Shown here in pieces: positions 54,101 through 64,000 of a DNA stretch of 64,000 nucleotides. The notes beneath the pieces were generated by a model. The model had not been told where the DNA came from. It saw only the letters and a program-made list of their open reading frames with translations, and ran no database searches. Made by a program: the position numbers and the translations under genes. The stretch is from Bacillota bacterium. Lineage in GTDB: Bacteria > Bacillota > UBA4882 > UBA8346. Position 1 is the stretch's first letter, and the number at the start of each line of letters is the position of its first letter. The DNA is taken from NCBI GenBank assembly GCA_012728785.1, contig JAAYEK010000151.1, forward strand, positions 3,096 through 67,095, read 5' to 3'.

Positions 54101-55147
54101 TTAAAAAATATATTCTTTCTTCACATATGGCGAAGTCATCAACGCCAACAGACCCCAGTAACTTGGCGCAAAACCAATAACAGATCCGACTTGGTATTTT
54201 TCACGACTTGCCAATACTAAATAATCACTACTGCCGCCTAAGATTTGAAGCCCCGGTTCAAGTGGGGTCAACCCGGATAAAGGGGTATCCTGTTGACCAA
54301 GATTGATTAAAAGCCGGTATCCATCCGGCGCTTCTAACTTCTCCGGTTCCTGTCCAAAAGCGTCCCGCCCGATTTCCCCGTCGGCCCGGGCCGGTTTCCA
54401 TCTGCTTTGCAGCACTTCGGCTTCAACTAAAAATGAGTCGGAAAACAAATCCGGGAGAACTGCTCCGGTCAACGTCTCCCGGCCTAATAAAATTCCTTCA
54501 CCAACCCGGAGATGATTTATTCCCTCGGGTAAATTATTAGAGTACAACAAAGGAAGGCTGCTGGAGTTTCCACCCGAAACATAGTGGATCGGCAAATGAA
54601 ATTCTTCTTTTAACAAAGCGGCGATCTCTATTAAAGTATTCAACTTCGCCCTGGTAGGTTTGACCCCGGCCAAACAAGAAAAATTAGCCCCCACTCCGAT
54701 TACTTCCGTGTGCTTTAGTTCACCACAAAAGCCCGCCAATTCAAGTATTTCGTTTTCCAAAACGCCTTCGCGCCGGTCCCCCAGATCCACCATCAAGATA
54801 ATTTGATGATGACCGCCAATACCTTCAAGAGCGGCGATGGTTTCCGGTTCCGAGTTGAGACTGGTGTCGGCAAAGCGGACTACTTTTTTCAGCTTACTAA
54901 TGCCGGGCAGACGCAGTAAAACCCGGTTCACTCCCGGCAAAACACTGTACCGTTCCAAGTTTTCAATCCGCGAATCGCCCAGTTCCTTCAGCCCGGCAGC
55001 GACTAAAGCCTCTACAATCCGAAAATCACCGGCGATTCCTTTTACCACTCCCGTTAAAGCCACTCCATTCCGGCGGCATTGGGATTCGAGCCTTTCAAAA
55101 TTATGTGCTATTTTGGAAATATTGATTACAATTCGGGGTAAAGCCAT
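54101..55147 (-). CDS. Alanine/ornithine racemase-family PLP-dependent enzyme (YhfX/Orr-like)
   Basis: The ATG at 55147 (MALPRIVINISKIAHNFERL) abuts the rarA stop. Alanine-racemase N-domain-like TIM barrel. The longer ORF to 55213 overlaps rarA. Confidence 0.7.
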   Translation of the reverse strand: MALPRIVINISKIAHNFERLESQCRRNGVALTGVVKGIAGDFRIVEALVAAGLKELGDSRIENLERYSVLPGVNRVLLRLPGISKLKKVVRFADTSLNSEPETIAALEGIGGHHQIILMVDLGDRREGVLENEILELAGFCGELKHTEVIGVGANFSCLAGVKPTRAKLNTLIEIAALLKEEFHLPIHYVSGGNSSSLPLLYSNNLPEGINHLRVGEGILLGRETLTGAVLPDLFSDSFLVEAEVLQSRWKPARADGEIGRDAFGQEPEKLEAPDGYRLLINLGQQDTPLSGLTPLEPGLQILGGSSDYLVLASREKYQVGSVIGFAPSYWGLLALMTSPYVKKEYIF

Positions 55148-55148
55148 C

Positions 55149-56489
55149 TTATTCCTCAGTTCTTCCCTTTTGAGATTTAATCCGATCCAAATAGGTCCGA
55201 ATTTCTTTTTCATAACCCCGCTCAGTCGGTTGATAATAGTATTTACCTAATAAATTTGCAGGCAAATAATCTTGATTGACAATTCCCTCCGGATAATTAT
55301 GGGGATAGAGATAGCCGACACCATCTCCCAGCTTAGCAGCGCCCGGATGGGATGAATCCCTTAAGTGGGCTGGAACGTTCCGGTTTTCAAGGTTTTGAAC
55401 ATCGGCCATTGCCTGATGGATCGCCTCACAGCTAGCATTGGACTTGGGAGCGGTAGCGATATAAATTGCCGCTTGGGCCATGGGAATCTGGGCTTCAGGT
55501 AGACCAACCATCTCCAAAGCTTGCGCTGCGGCAACCGCCACCAATAGGGCCCGAGGATCAGCATTGCCGACATCTTCAGCGGCGTGAACAATCATCCTGC
55601 GGGCGATGAATTTAGGATCTTCCCCGGCGCTGATCATTCGAGCCAGATAATAAACAGCCGCATCAGGGTCTGAGCCCCGCATTGACTTGATAAAAGCCGA
55701 GATGGTATCATAATGGTTCTGTCCGTCCCGATCATATACAATCGGCCGTTGTTGGATACAATCGGCTAAAATATCTAAAGTTAAAATGATCTTTCCCGAA
55801 TCCGGGTCGGATTTAGTAGTCAGCGCCGCCAGTTCCAAGGCGTTCAAAGCAATCCGGGCATCGCCGTCGGCTTTATTGATTAAAAACTCCAGGGCGGACT
55901 GGTCCAGCTCCACCCGGTAATCACCTAACCCCCGTTCCCCATCGGAAAGAGCCTTGCCGATAATCTGTTTTAAGGCATCCTTAGTTAAGGTGGTAAACCG
56001 AAAGATCATGCTTCTGGAAATCAAGGGCGAGTTCACTTCATAGAGAGGATTTTCGGTAGTGGCCCCGATCAACAAAATTGTGCCGTCTTCAACCGCCGGA
56101 AGTAAGGCATCTTGTTGCGACTTATTAAAACGGTGAATCTCATCAATAAATAAAATCGTCTTTCGTTGGTATAGTTGATATCTTTCCCGGGCCTCAGCAA
56201 TCAGCCGCCGGATATCAGCGACACCGGCAGTGACGGCGTTTATACTTTCAAAAACAGCACTGGTCGTATTGGCGATAATTCGGGCCAAGGTCGTTTTTCC
56301 GGTCCCCGGTGGTCCGTAAAAGATCATCGACCTGAGCCGGTCGGCCTCGATCGCTCTCCGGAGCAACCGCCCCGGCCCTATTATTTCATCCTGTCCTTTA
56401 AATTCTTCGAGATTCCGCGGGCGCATCCTAGCGGCCAACGGCGCTTCTTTTTGAAGATTTGTTTCCGCGTTGGATGAAAAAAGATCCAT
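55149..56489 (-). CDS. rarA: Replication-associated recombination protein RarA/MgsA (AAA+ ATPase)
   Basis: 446 aa with Walker A GPPGTGKTT, Walker B LFIDEIHRF, and the MgsA C-domain. Confidence 0.95.
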   Translation of the reverse strand: MDLFSSNAETNLQKEAPLAARMRPRNLEEFKGQDEIIGPGRLLRRAIEADRLRSMIFYGPPGTGKTTLARIIANTTSAVFESINAVTAGVADIRRLIAEARERYQLYQRKTILFIDEIHRFNKSQQDALLPAVEDGTILLIGATTENPLYEVNSPLISRSMIFRFTTLTKDALKQIIGKALSDGERGLGDYRVELDQSALEFLINKADGDARIALNALELAALTTKSDPDSGKIILTLDILADCIQQRPIVYDRDGQNHYDTISAFIKSMRGSDPDAAVYYLARMISAGEDPKFIARRMIVHAAEDVGNADPRALLVAVAAAQALEMVGLPEAQIPMAQAAIYIATAPKSNASCEAIHQAMADVQNLENRNVPAHLRDSSHPGAAKLGDGVGYLYPHNYPEGIVNQDYLPANLLGKYYYQPTERGYEKEIRTYLDRIKSQKGRTEE

Positions 56490-56654
56490 AATCCTATCAC
56501 CTCGACAGCTTTTTACTAGAACCCTTGCCTATTCTAATAAATATAAACTGTGGGATAATTGCTGTCAAGTCTCGCTTCCCGTCGCTCGTCAATGAGCTTG
56601 CCTTTGTGGACTCAAGTTTATACTCGTGATCGTAATTGGGTTTCGAAATTGTGG

Positions 56655-57338
56655 TTAGCTTTCCGAGATCTTCAGCATTTTTACTATACCTTGTGGATCA
56701 ATCAAAAACCTTAAGACCAAATCCCCCCGATCAGCTTGATAATCAACTTGCCACCGATCGTAATTATAATCAATATCGATTAATTTTCCTAGTTTAATCG
56801 AATTAAACTCCGCCCAAGTCTGCGCCGCCCGTTCCGCTTCGGAAAGAGATTTTACTTCGCCGTTTCCAGTGGCAACCGTAGCTTCAAAACTATCCCAAGG
56901 GAATTTTGGCGAAAAGCCCGCCACTTGTTCCGGCAATACCCAGTCACCCTCTTTGAGGCTGATGCTTACCCGGTAAGGACCGGAGATTTGATATTTTTGA
57001 ATATTGCCAGTAGTAAAGGTCAGTTCGATCCTGGAATGAGCAGGCGACCATTTAAAAGGCATCACCGTTGTAGCCAATCCTAACCATTCACCTTTTTTTT
57101 GCCCTTCCAAATTTCCAGTGACTACAAAGTCCCCTTCCCGATAAGCTTGAATGTCCAATTTAAAAACGACAGCCTCCGGTTTTTGATCTTGATCAACATC
57201 GACCAATTCAAAAACGCCGGGCAACATTAATTGGACCTGTTCGTCAAGGATTACCTCATCTTGATTAGCGTCGCTAGGAAGCATAAAAAACAAGCTGATT
57301 CCGATCACCACTCCGATTATTAAGACTTTTTTGACCAA
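56655..57338 (-). CDS. Hypothetical secreted / membrane-anchored protein
   Basis: The TTG at 57338 is preceded by GGAGTGA and gives a signal-like VKKVLIIGVVIGISLFFMLPSDA. The maximal ORF extends to the ATG at 57383. No family recognised. Confidence 0.5.
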   Translation of the reverse strand: MVKKVLIIGVVIGISLFFMLPSDANQDEVILDEQVQLMLPGVFELVDVDQDQKPEAVVFKLDIQAYREGDFVVTGNLEGQKKGEWLGLATTVMPFKWSPAHSRIELTFTTGNIQKYQISGPYRVSISLKEGDWVLPEQVAGFSPKFPWDSFEATVATGNGEVKSLSEAERAAQTWAEFNSIKLGKLIDIDYNYDRWQVDYQADRGDLVLRFLIDPQGIVKMLKISES

Positions 57339-57471
57339 AAAAATCACTCCGTATCGTTTTACGGAGCAGTTTCGCTTTATCATTTAACAAACCTTTATGT
57401 AAAATTCGCCAACCCAATCAAAATGAGCCTATTCAAAGTTGAGGAATACAAGAGTTAGGAGTCCTTCTAAG

Positions 57472-57828
57472 CTAAGAAAAAGCGACCCGGTTAACGACTC
57501 TAAGCACTTGAGTTCTTTTTAAAGGCTTTAGTATAAAATCCCGAGCCCCTATTTTTAAGGCCTTCACAATCTGTTCCCGGGAATTTTCTGTGGTACAAAT
57601 GATAATTTTGACCCGTTGATTATCTTTCAAAAAATAACGGATTGATTCCATAGCGTCATTATCGGGCATAAACAGATCCTTAATTATGACCTCCGGCCGG
57701 AGACTTACCGAAAGTTTTTGGGCTTCCGGGAATGTCCCGGCTTCATATACTTCAAACCCTTCGTTTTTCAAGAAATCCTTAATAATCATCCGCATCAAGG
57801 GTGAATCATCGACGATTAAAATTCTCAC
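57472..57828 (-). CDS. Stand-alone response-regulator receiver domain (CheY-like)
   Basis: 118 aa (RILIVDDSPLMR, IIKDLFMPDNDA, ILKPL). Confidence 0.85.
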   Translation of the reverse strand: MRILIVDDSPLMRMIIKDFLKNEGFEVYEAGTFPEAQKLSVSLRPEVIIKDLFMPDNDAMESIRYFLKDNQRVKIIICTTENSREQIVKALKIGARDFILKPLKRTQVLRVVNRVAFS

Positions 57829-57952
57829 CTACCAAAAGCACCCCCTAAACCGGATCTATGATTATAGGTTCGCTCTAATTAAATTATTTCCCTTCAATTA
57901 TTTGCTATTTATTTTAATAACTTATAAATCAACATTTGTAAATATCCCGTTT

Positions 57953-58288
57953 TCATTGGGGGACCTCATCTCCGGTATGAACCTGATACGACCAGTTACG
58001 CCCGTAGTTGTTATCCCAATTTTGGGCGTTGTCACGGAAACAAAAGTTTAATTGAGAAGGTTCATCGACATTTATAGTAACCGACCAACTGCCGTCCCGC
58101 CCTTTTCTCATTTGAAGGTCAATCGATTTTTCCCATTTAGAACCATATCCGGCATGTAGAAATACTTTCTCAGCTTTAGCCTCAGCCAAAAGCCCTTTAT
58201 ATTTAATCCTAACCTCATCACCTAAGGTTATTGGAACTGGTTCCATAAAGATCCCATCAGCCACTTCTTCCAATTTTTTTCTGGACAT
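57953..58288 (-). CDS. Small carbohydrate-binding-module-like protein (CBM25/CBM53-like)
   Basis: The ATG at 58288 is preceded by AGGAGG at 9 nt. Beta-sandwich-like sequence with NAQNWDNNYGRNWSY, reminiscent of starch-binding CBMs. The family call is tentative. Confidence 0.5.
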   Translation of the reverse strand: MSRKKLEEVADGIFMEPVPITLGDEVRIKYKGLLAEAKAEKVFLHAGYGSKWEKSIDLQMRKGRDGSWSVTINVDEPSQLNFCFRDNAQNWDNNYGRNWSYQVHTGDEVPQ

Positions 58289-58361
58289 ACTTCTATTCCT
58301 CCTTCTAAAATATCTTGGCATTAGTATGTCCGTATTTTAATTGCTTAAACTATTTAATCCA

Positions 58362-59075
58362 TTAGGAGAAACCTTCTTGGTCGTTTCGGGTAACCTTTAG
58401 TAAATCCTTAAAAATTATCCACGGATAAACCAGTGAGGGACTTGCTTTAAATTCCAAATATTCTTTGGTAGTAGGATGTTGAAACTGGAGTTCAAAGGAG
58501 AATAATGCCAGTTGCTCTCCTGGGTGATTGAGTCTAGACCCGTATTTTTGATCGCCATAGAGCGGATGACCGATAGCAGCCAATTGCACCCTTATCTGAT
58601 GGGACCGTCCCGTGCCCAGGACTATTTTTAATAAACTCAGTTGCTCCCGTTTCCCAACAACCCCATAATCAAGAATAGCTTCCTTAGCGCCGGGAATAGG
58701 CTTTGCAACAACCGATACAACATTGCGGCCGAAATCTTTGACTAAATAATTGGTTAACCGGCCTTGATCGGTGGCCAAATACCCCCGAACCACCGCGAAA
58801 TAATGCTTTCCAAAACCTCCTTCTCGAATCTGAGCTGACAAACGAGAGGCCGCCTTAGAAGTTTTGGCGAAAACCATTACTCCGCCTACCGGACGATCAA
58901 GGCGGTGTATTAACCCCAGATAAACGTTACCCGGTTTTTGATAACGGTTTTTGAGATCATTCTTCAAATATGATAAAAGGTCCAGATCCCCGGAAGAATC
59001 ACTTTGGGTTGGCATATTGGCCGGTTTTTCCACCACTAATAAATGATTATCTTCAAAAATAATCTTAATCTCCAA
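58362..59075 (-). CDS. RluA-family pseudouridine synthase
   Basis: 237 aa with the catalytic HRLDRPVGG motif and GRSHQIRVQL. Confidence 0.9.
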   Translation of the reverse strand: MEIKIIFEDNHLLVVEKPANMPTQSDSSGDLDLLSYLKNDLKNRYQKPGNVYLGLIHRLDRPVGGVMVFAKTSKAASRLSAQIREGGFGKHYFAVVRGYLATDQGRLTNYLVKDFGRNVVSVVAKPIPGAKEAILDYGVVGKREQLSLLKIVLGTGRSHQIRVQLAAIGHPLYGDQKYGSRLNHPGEQLALFSFELQFQHPTTKEYLEFKASPSLVYPWIIFKDLLKVTRNDQEGFS

Positions 59076-59078
59076 AGC

Positions 59079-60008
59079 TCACTCCCTTGCCTCCCATCGC
59101 CCCGATGCCCCACAAGGAAGGACCAATTTTGCAGCCGTTACCGGTAATCCAATCTCCGCAGCGGTTATTGTTCCAGTATGTCTCCTCCCCACAGTTAATG
59201 CCAGTATGTTGTTTAAGACACCCGGCGCTAAACCGGTGGTATAAGAGTTGATCAAAAAGAATAATGGTTCTTCCGTAAGCAACTCCGCACAAAGTCTGGT
59301 TAAACTGTATAACTCATCTTCGATCTTCCAGATCTCCCCGTTAGGACCTCTCCCAAAAGAAGGCGGGTCCATAATAACACCATGATATAAACGGCCTCGC
59401 CGCTTTTCACGGTTGACAAATTTGATTGTATCATCAACGAGCCAACGGATTGGCCGATCCGCCAAATTCGAAAGGTTTGCGTTCTCTCTAGCCCAAGTAA
59501 CCATGCCTTTTGCCGCATCTACATGGCAAACTTCTGCTCCAGCTGAGGCTGCAGCCAAGGTGGCGCCTCCGGTATAGGCAAATAAATTTAAGACGCGGAT
59601 TGGAGAGGTACGGGTTTTAATTAACCCTGCCAACCAGTCCCAGTTGACAGCTTGTTCGGGAAAAAGACCGGTATGCTTAAAACCAGTCGGCCGAATATAA
59701 AACTTAAGTGAACGATAGCTTAGACTCCACCGTTCCGGTAATCCCTTTAAAAAGTCCCATCTTCCTCCGCCGCTATTGCTGCGGGTATAATGTCCATGAA
59801 CTTCATTCCATGCTTTTTTGCCCAGCGTGGCCGGCCAAATAACCTGCGGGTCCGGTCTCCTTAATATAAAACGGCCCCAACGTTCCAACCTCTCACCATC
59901 ACCCGTATCCATTAGCTCATAGTCTTGCCACCCATCACTCACAAACACCGGCTGATAACCTCCAAATTCTCCAACTGTAATATGGACAAATTCTATCATT
60001 ACCATCAT
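59079..60008 (-). CDS. Class I SAM-dependent (rRNA) methyltransferase, RlmI/RlmK-like
   Basis: 309 aa with the SAM-binding VLNLFAYTGGATLAAA and DPPSF motifs. Confidence 0.8.
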   Translation of the reverse strand: MMVMIEFVHITVGEFGGYQPVFVSDGWQDYELMDTGDGERLERWGRFILRRPDPQVIWPATLGKKAWNEVHGHYTRSNSGGGRWDFLKGLPERWSLSYRSLKFYIRPTGFKHTGLFPEQAVNWDWLAGLIKTRTSPIRVLNLFAYTGGATLAAASAGAEVCHVDAAKGMVTWARENANLSNLADRPIRWLVDDTIKFVNREKRRGRLYHGVIMDPPSFGRGPNGEIWKIEDELYSLTRLCAELLTEEPLFFLINSYTTGLAPGVLNNILALTVGRRHTGTITAAEIGLPVTAAKLVLPCGASGRWEARE

Positions 60009-60174
60009 ATTAAATCAACAAGCCCTTAAAGGGAATTGATTTGACTCTTGATGAACAACAAGTCTTAAAGCTACGGGGCGGACATAAATAAAATGGATTT
60101 ATGGGATTTTTTTGAACCCATTTTGATTTTGGTTTTTAAATCCTTGTAAATCCCGTTAATCCTATCTCAAAAAA

Positions 60175-60222
60175 TGTCTAGATCAATGTAGACACAAAAA
60201 ATGGGGCAGCAGAGCCGCTCCC
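60175..60222 (-). terminator. Two tandem hairpins with T-runs downstream of the MCP-cheW pair
   Basis: Minus strand: GGGAGCGGC-TCT-GCTGCCCC (bulged stem) then ATTTTTTG, followed by TGTCTA-N8-TAGACA then TTTTTTGAG. Confidence 0.45.
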
Positions 60223-60287
60223 AGTAATAGTTCAAACAATAACACCCATAGGTATCCTCCGAGTTAATATCAAATTTGACATGAAAA

Positions 60288-60794
60288 CTATTTATTTTCC
60301 AACGACTTAAGATCATCGGTATCAAAAGCTATTAGTTTATTAAGATCTAAAATTAAAATTAATCTACCGTTTATTTTAACCATCGTCTTTAAATGCTTTC
60401 GATCATCTTTGGTTATAGTTCCGGAATTTTCATTTAGTTTGGATAACGGAACATTTACCATATCCAAAATACGATCTACCGCCATCCCAAAAATTTTTCC
60501 TTCAGTTTCAGCGATGACAATAACCGTAAATTCGTCGATCTGCAGTGGACTAAGACCGAAGGTTCTCCTTAAGTCCACTACCGGAATTACTTCACCCCGA
60601 AAATTAATCACTCCTAAAATAGGTTCCGGAGCGTTAGGAACTTTGACCGACGGTAAATAGCGAATAATCTCCTTAACTTGAAGAGCATCCACTCCGTATT
60701 CTTCGGTATCTACTAAGAAAGTAATTTGTTGGACCTGTTCCTCATCTTCTTCAGCGCCATTAGGTTGCTTTACAATATCAGTGATATCCATCAA
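60288..60794 (-). CDS. cheW: Second CheW-like coupling protein
   Basis: 168 aa (YGVDALQVKEII, INFRGEVIPVVDLR). Begins 9 nt after the MCP stop. Confidence 0.85.
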   Translation of the reverse strand: MMDITDIVKQPNGAEEDEEQVQQITFLVDTEEYGVDALQVKEIIRYLPSVKVPNAPEPILGVINFRGEVIPVVDLRRTFGLSPLQIDEFTVIVIAETEGKIFGMAVDRILDMVNVPLSKLNENSGTITKDDRKHLKTMVKINGRLILILDLNKLIAFDTDDLKSLENK

Positions 60795-60803
60795 ATTATC
60801 TCC

Positions 60804-62543
60804 TTAAAATTTTTCCCAACTGTCCCCCACAAAATCTTTTTGAACATCAGGGGCTGGTTTTGGTTCAAGAACCGTTGCTTCTTCCGGCAAAACCCTTACC
60901 TTGCCTGTATTAGTGGTCGGAATCTTTTGCGATACTTGAAAACGGTTTACAATACGGTTCAAGTTTCCCGATTCGCTGCTCAACATCATGCTGGAAGCAG
61001 CCATCTCTTCAACCATTGCCGCGTTTTGTTGGGTCACTTGATTAAGTTGGTCGATTGACACTTGAATTTGCTCTCCGGCAGTAGCTTGCTCTCTCATAGT
61101 TGCTGCAACATTAGTGATTTCCATAACGGTTTTATTGGTATTCTCCACAATTTGGTTAAGTAATTCGGCTGATTGCCGCACCAATGAATTACCGCGTCCA
61201 ACCCGTTCCGCGCTTTCTTTGATCAAACTTTCAACTTCTTTCGATAATTCACTGGTCCTTCCCGCCAGATTTCTTACTTCAGTAGCGACTACCGCGAATC
61301 CACGTCCATGGTCCCCGGCGCGGGCCGCTTCCACCGCCGCGTTCAAAGCCAATAAATTAGTCTGGAAAGCAATATCATTAACAACTTTGATGATATCTTC
61401 AATCTTTTGACTGCTGGTAGAGATCTGTTCCATCGCCGTTAATGTTTCCTGGACCGAATCTTTTCCGGCATTAACCGCCTCCAGCGTTGAGAGGGATAAT
61501 TGGTTGGCTTGTTCGGAGTTGGAGGTTGTCAATTGAATCGATGAATTGACCTCCTCAACAGTTGCTGCTACTTCTTCCAGAGTAGCGGCTTGTTCCTGAG
61601 TGCGACGCGACAAATCCTGATTTCCCTTCGCGATCTCCTCCGCTGTTTCTTCAACTTGAGCAGCTGAATAAAGCACTTGAGTAATGATCTCGGCCAGGCT
61701 TTCCCCCATCTTACTTAGTTCCCGGGCCATCTCCCCAATTTCGTCATTACTCTTCACTTTGATTAAACCGGTAAAGTCCCCGGCGGCAATTTGCTTGATG
61801 TTTTTAACCACAGCGTTAATCGGTCTGGAAACTCTCCTGGAGACATAGATGTAAATCAGCATTAAAAACACGAATACTGCTAATCCCCAGATTGATAAAG
61901 TTAAAGGTATTATCTTACCGCGGTTTTGCTCGAAGATTAACCCAATCTTCTTTTGAGCCAGCTCAATATCGGATACATATTCACCTGTCCCAATCGCAAC
62001 TTCCAAGCCCCCGATTTTTAGGGGTGCTATAAATGACATTTTGGGTTCATACTTTTTAGTGTTGGGATTTAACCATGCATAAGTGGCAAAACCTCCACCG
62101 GCTTTTGCGATCGAAATAAATTCCTGTACCGGTTTTTTACCGGTGGGATCCTTGAAATTCAAAAGATTCTTACCTTCATTGGTCTTGTTGTCAGGGGCGA
62201 TTATATGGGTCCCATCATAAAGAAAAACAAAACAATAACCGTTCTTACCATAACGGATATGTCCAAGGTCGCTTCGGAGAAGATTTGGAATGTCCTCTCT
62301 TTCAATAGTTTCTCCTTGATATTTGCCCTGTATGGAACTGATGGTGGATTGGACGATAAACTTCATTCGGTCCTTGACTTCATCATAGATTACCTTACTA
62401 AAGAAACTTTTCGAAGTTTCCCTAACTTGATTCATTGAATAAATATAGCTTACCAATAATGCTCCCATCATCACCAACATCCCGAAAAATATCAAAGCCA
62501 AGAGTTTAACCTTTATACTGCGAGATTTTGTCTTTTTGGACAT
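60804..62543 (-). CDS. Methyl-accepting chemotaxis protein (Cache-like sensor, HAMP, MA domain) ending in an xWExF pentapeptide
   Basis: 579 aa. Two TM helices flank a periplasmic sensor, followed by HAMP, the highly conserved hairpin [20 protein letters not shown], and a C-terminal ...DSWEKF. Confidence 0.9.
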   Translation of the reverse strand: MSKKTKSRSIKVKLLALIFFGMLVMMGALLVSYIYSMNQVRETSKSFFSKVIYDEVKDRMKFIVQSTISSIQGKYQGETIEREDIPNLLRSDLGHIRYGKNGYCFVFLYDGTHIIAPDNKTNEGKNLLNFKDPTGKKPVQEFISIAKAGGGFATYAWLNPNTKKYEPKMSFIAPLKIGGLEVAIGTGEYVSDIELAQKKIGLIFEQNRGKIIPLTLSIWGLAVFVFLMLIYIYVSRRVSRPINAVVKNIKQIAAGDFTGLIKVKSNDEIGEMARELSKMGESLAEIITQVLYSAAQVEETAEEIAKGNQDLSRRTQEQAATLEEVAATVEEVNSSIQLTTSNSEQANQLSLSTLEAVNAGKDSVQETLTAMEQISTSSQKIEDIIKVVNDIAFQTNLLALNAAVEAARAGDHGRGFAVVATEVRNLAGRTSELSKEVESLIKESAERVGRGNSLVRQSAELLNQIVENTNKTVMEITNVAATMREQATAGEQIQVSIDQLNQVTQQNAAMVEEMAASSMMLSSESGNLNRIVNRFQVSQKIPTTNTGKVRVLPEEATVLEPKPAPDVQKDFVGDSWEKF

Positions 62544-62775
62544 TCCAGTTCATCCCTTCCGTGTTCTGTAACTAAATGCCTGATTTTTAAATCAAACCGA
62601 GCCAGTTCCCCTTCTAAATACACCCGAACTAGAATTTAACAGGAATATTAATTGTTCTATCTAATAAAATCGACCACTTCCCTCTATTTCTTAAATGGTT
62701 TTTGCTGTATTTCTAAAACTTTTATAACTTTAAGTCGTCTAAATCATTAAGAAGTATGAGATCCAAAGACAACCG

Positions 62776-62803
62776 AAAAAAAACAAACGGGTTTTTGACC
62801 CGC
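62776..62803 (-). terminator. Terminator candidate after the 177-aa membrane protein gene
   Basis: Minus strand GCGGGT-CAAAA-ACCCGT followed by TTGTTTTTTTTC. Confidence 0.45.
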
Positions 62804-62835
62804 TTGATTTTTACAGCTTCTCTTAAAGACAAACC

Positions 62836-63369
62836 TTATTCCCCAATCTGTTTTCTTATTAGATTATCAATTTCATTCTTTTGTTCCGGAATCACCTTGC
62901 ATTTTATTTCCTGGTTGTACTTAATAAAAAGGAAGCGCCTCAAATAATTAAACACGACAATGTTCCCGTCATTTTCCCATTGATAGGATTGCACTTTATT
63001 CCAGCGATAGTATTGGCCTCTATAAAAGATCCCTGAATAACCAATTCCATTTTTTGATTGTATTTGATAGCCCAAATAAATGGTGGTTGAAGCAATTATC
63101 AGGATTAATGGCAAATCTCTAAAATTTGGGAAATGGATCGACAGAAGAATAATCATTATAACCATAATCCCTGTCATAATCATAAAAACCTTTAATTCCT
63201 TAACATTTGAATCAAACATCCGATATGTGATTTCGCCATTTTTTCTTTTCTGGCGTAGGCTTATTAATATATCATGCATAATAAAGCTAATATTCATTAG
63301 CAAAACCATAAAAATAATATTATCGGCCGCCCATATTAGGACGTTTTTCCATCCTTCATTATTATTCAT
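62836..63369 (-). CDS. Hypothetical integral membrane protein
   Basis: 177 aa with three or four TM helices and a C-terminal soluble segment (YRGQYYRWNKVQSYQWENDGNIVVF). No family assigned with confidence. Confidence 0.5.
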   Translation of the reverse strand: MNNNEGWKNVLIWAADNIIFMVLLMNISFIMHDILISLRQKRKNGEITYRMFDSNVKELKVFMIMTGIMVIMIILLSIHFPNFRDLPLILIIASTTIYLGYQIQSKNGIGYSGIFYRGQYYRWNKVQSYQWENDGNIVVFNYLRRFLFIKYNQEIKCKVIPEQKNEIDNLIRKQIGE

Positions 63370-64000
63370 TCCTCAACCGATCCTTCCGGCGCGACTACCG
63401 CCAATACATAATGTTTAAAATATTTCCGAGCCACCCGTTGAATATCTTCAGGCGTTACCTTTTCGATTAACTCCGGATAAAGATCAACGTACTTGTATCC
63501 ATATCCCAACAATTCGAAAGCTCCCACAATCTCCCCTTGAACGGCGCTAGTTCCTTGCGACATGGTAACAATCCCTTTACAATACTTTTTAGCTGCTTGA
63601 AGTTCCAATGGCGATACCGGTTCATCGCAGAACTTTTTAAACTCGGCAATTATTCCATCCCGGACCATACTGTAGTTTTCCGGTGCAGTCACCGTTATAC
63701 CAGTAATGGCTGATGGTCCGACCATTGTCTGATAGGAAGAACTAGCATGATAGACAAGGCCTCGTTTGTCTCTTAATTCCGAATAGAGCCGGTTGCTTAA
63801 GGTAACTGCAATAAGATCCATCACCGGCGCGTCTTTACTACGAGCACTAGGCGCGGGATATCCTAAAACCAGATATGCCCCTTGAATGTTTTGTGGTTGA
63901 TGAAAAACAATATCCTTTTCCAATACTGGCATCGGTTGAGATGACTTCTTAGGTAGTCGGCCTTTTTTCATCTTGCCAAAGACGTCTTCAAACTTTTTGA
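63366..64000 (-). CDS. M16 (pitrilysin/insulinase) family peptidase, C-terminal part; gene continues beyond the window
   Basis: Peptidase_M16_C-like sequence (YLVLGYPAPS..., LYSELRDKRGLVYHASS). The frame stays open upstream of the listed Met to position 64000. Confidence 0.7.
   Translation of the reverse strand, partial: KKFEDVFGKMKKGRLPKKSSQPMPVLEKDIVFHQPQNIQGAYLVLGYPAPSARSKDAPVMDLIAVTLSNRLYSELRDKRGLVYHASSSYQTMVGPSAITGITVTAPENYSMVRDGIIAEFKKFCDEPVSPLELQAAKKYCKGIVTMSQGTSAVQGEIVGAFELLGYGYKYVDLYPELIEKVTPEDIQRVARKYFKHYVLAVVAPEGSVEE

Noticed and set aside
1-64000. Search for CRISPR arrays, tRNA, rRNA, intact transposases or integrases
   Set aside because: I saw no regularly spaced direct repeats, no cloverleaf-like or rRNA-like segments in the intergenic regions longer than 150 nt, and no transposase or recombinase translation in the ORF track. 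This was by-eye inspection only; tRNAscan/Infernal were not run.

Overview
The window comes from a flagellated, endospore-forming Firmicute with Clostridia-like gene order, and almost everything is on the minus strand. Reading in the minus-strand direction of transcription (high to low coordinates): (1) 64.0-51.2 kb holds housekeeping and chemotaxis genes: an M16 peptidase fragment, an MCP-CheW pair, a SAM methyltransferase, RluA, an orphan receiver domain, RarA, a racemase-like PLP enzyme, and NifS-IscU-MnmA. (2) 50.9-45.4 kb is an AT-rich accessory island. It encodes a VgrG/gp5-like spike protein fused to an M23 peptidase, and a DUF4280 (PAAR-like) domain that runs in frame, across a single TAA, into an Amidase_2 cell-wall amidase. 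Each of the two is followed by a signal-peptide protein, and the island has no sheath, tube, baseplate or phage head genes. This is the most unusual content of the window. (3) 45.4-42.2 kb holds a HAD hydrolase, a plus-strand Rrf2 regulator with an ALDH3-type aldehyde dehydrogenase interrupted by one in-frame TAG, and a 517-nt intergenic region with a DUF559 relic and an inverted-repeat element. (4) 41.3-7.5 kb is one large flagellar and chemotaxis operon: flgB-flgC-fliE-fliFGHIJ-ylxF-fliK-flgD-flg_new-flgE-flbD-motAB-fliLM-fliY-cheY-fliOPQR-flhBAFG-pilZ-cheAWCD-sigD-fapA plus two uncharacterised tail genes. It includes an unusually long FlgE (751 aa) and a FlgD with an internal duplication. 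(5) 7.5-1.4 kb holds ftsQ-ftsZ with no ftsA, then the sporulation block spoIIGA-sigE-(DJ-1/PfpI)-sigG-spoIIR. (6) The left end has a C-N hydrolase and the tail of a transporter gene. I found no rRNA, tRNA, CRISPR array or intact transposase. All calls rest on reading the translations and the sequence by eye; no database searches were run.
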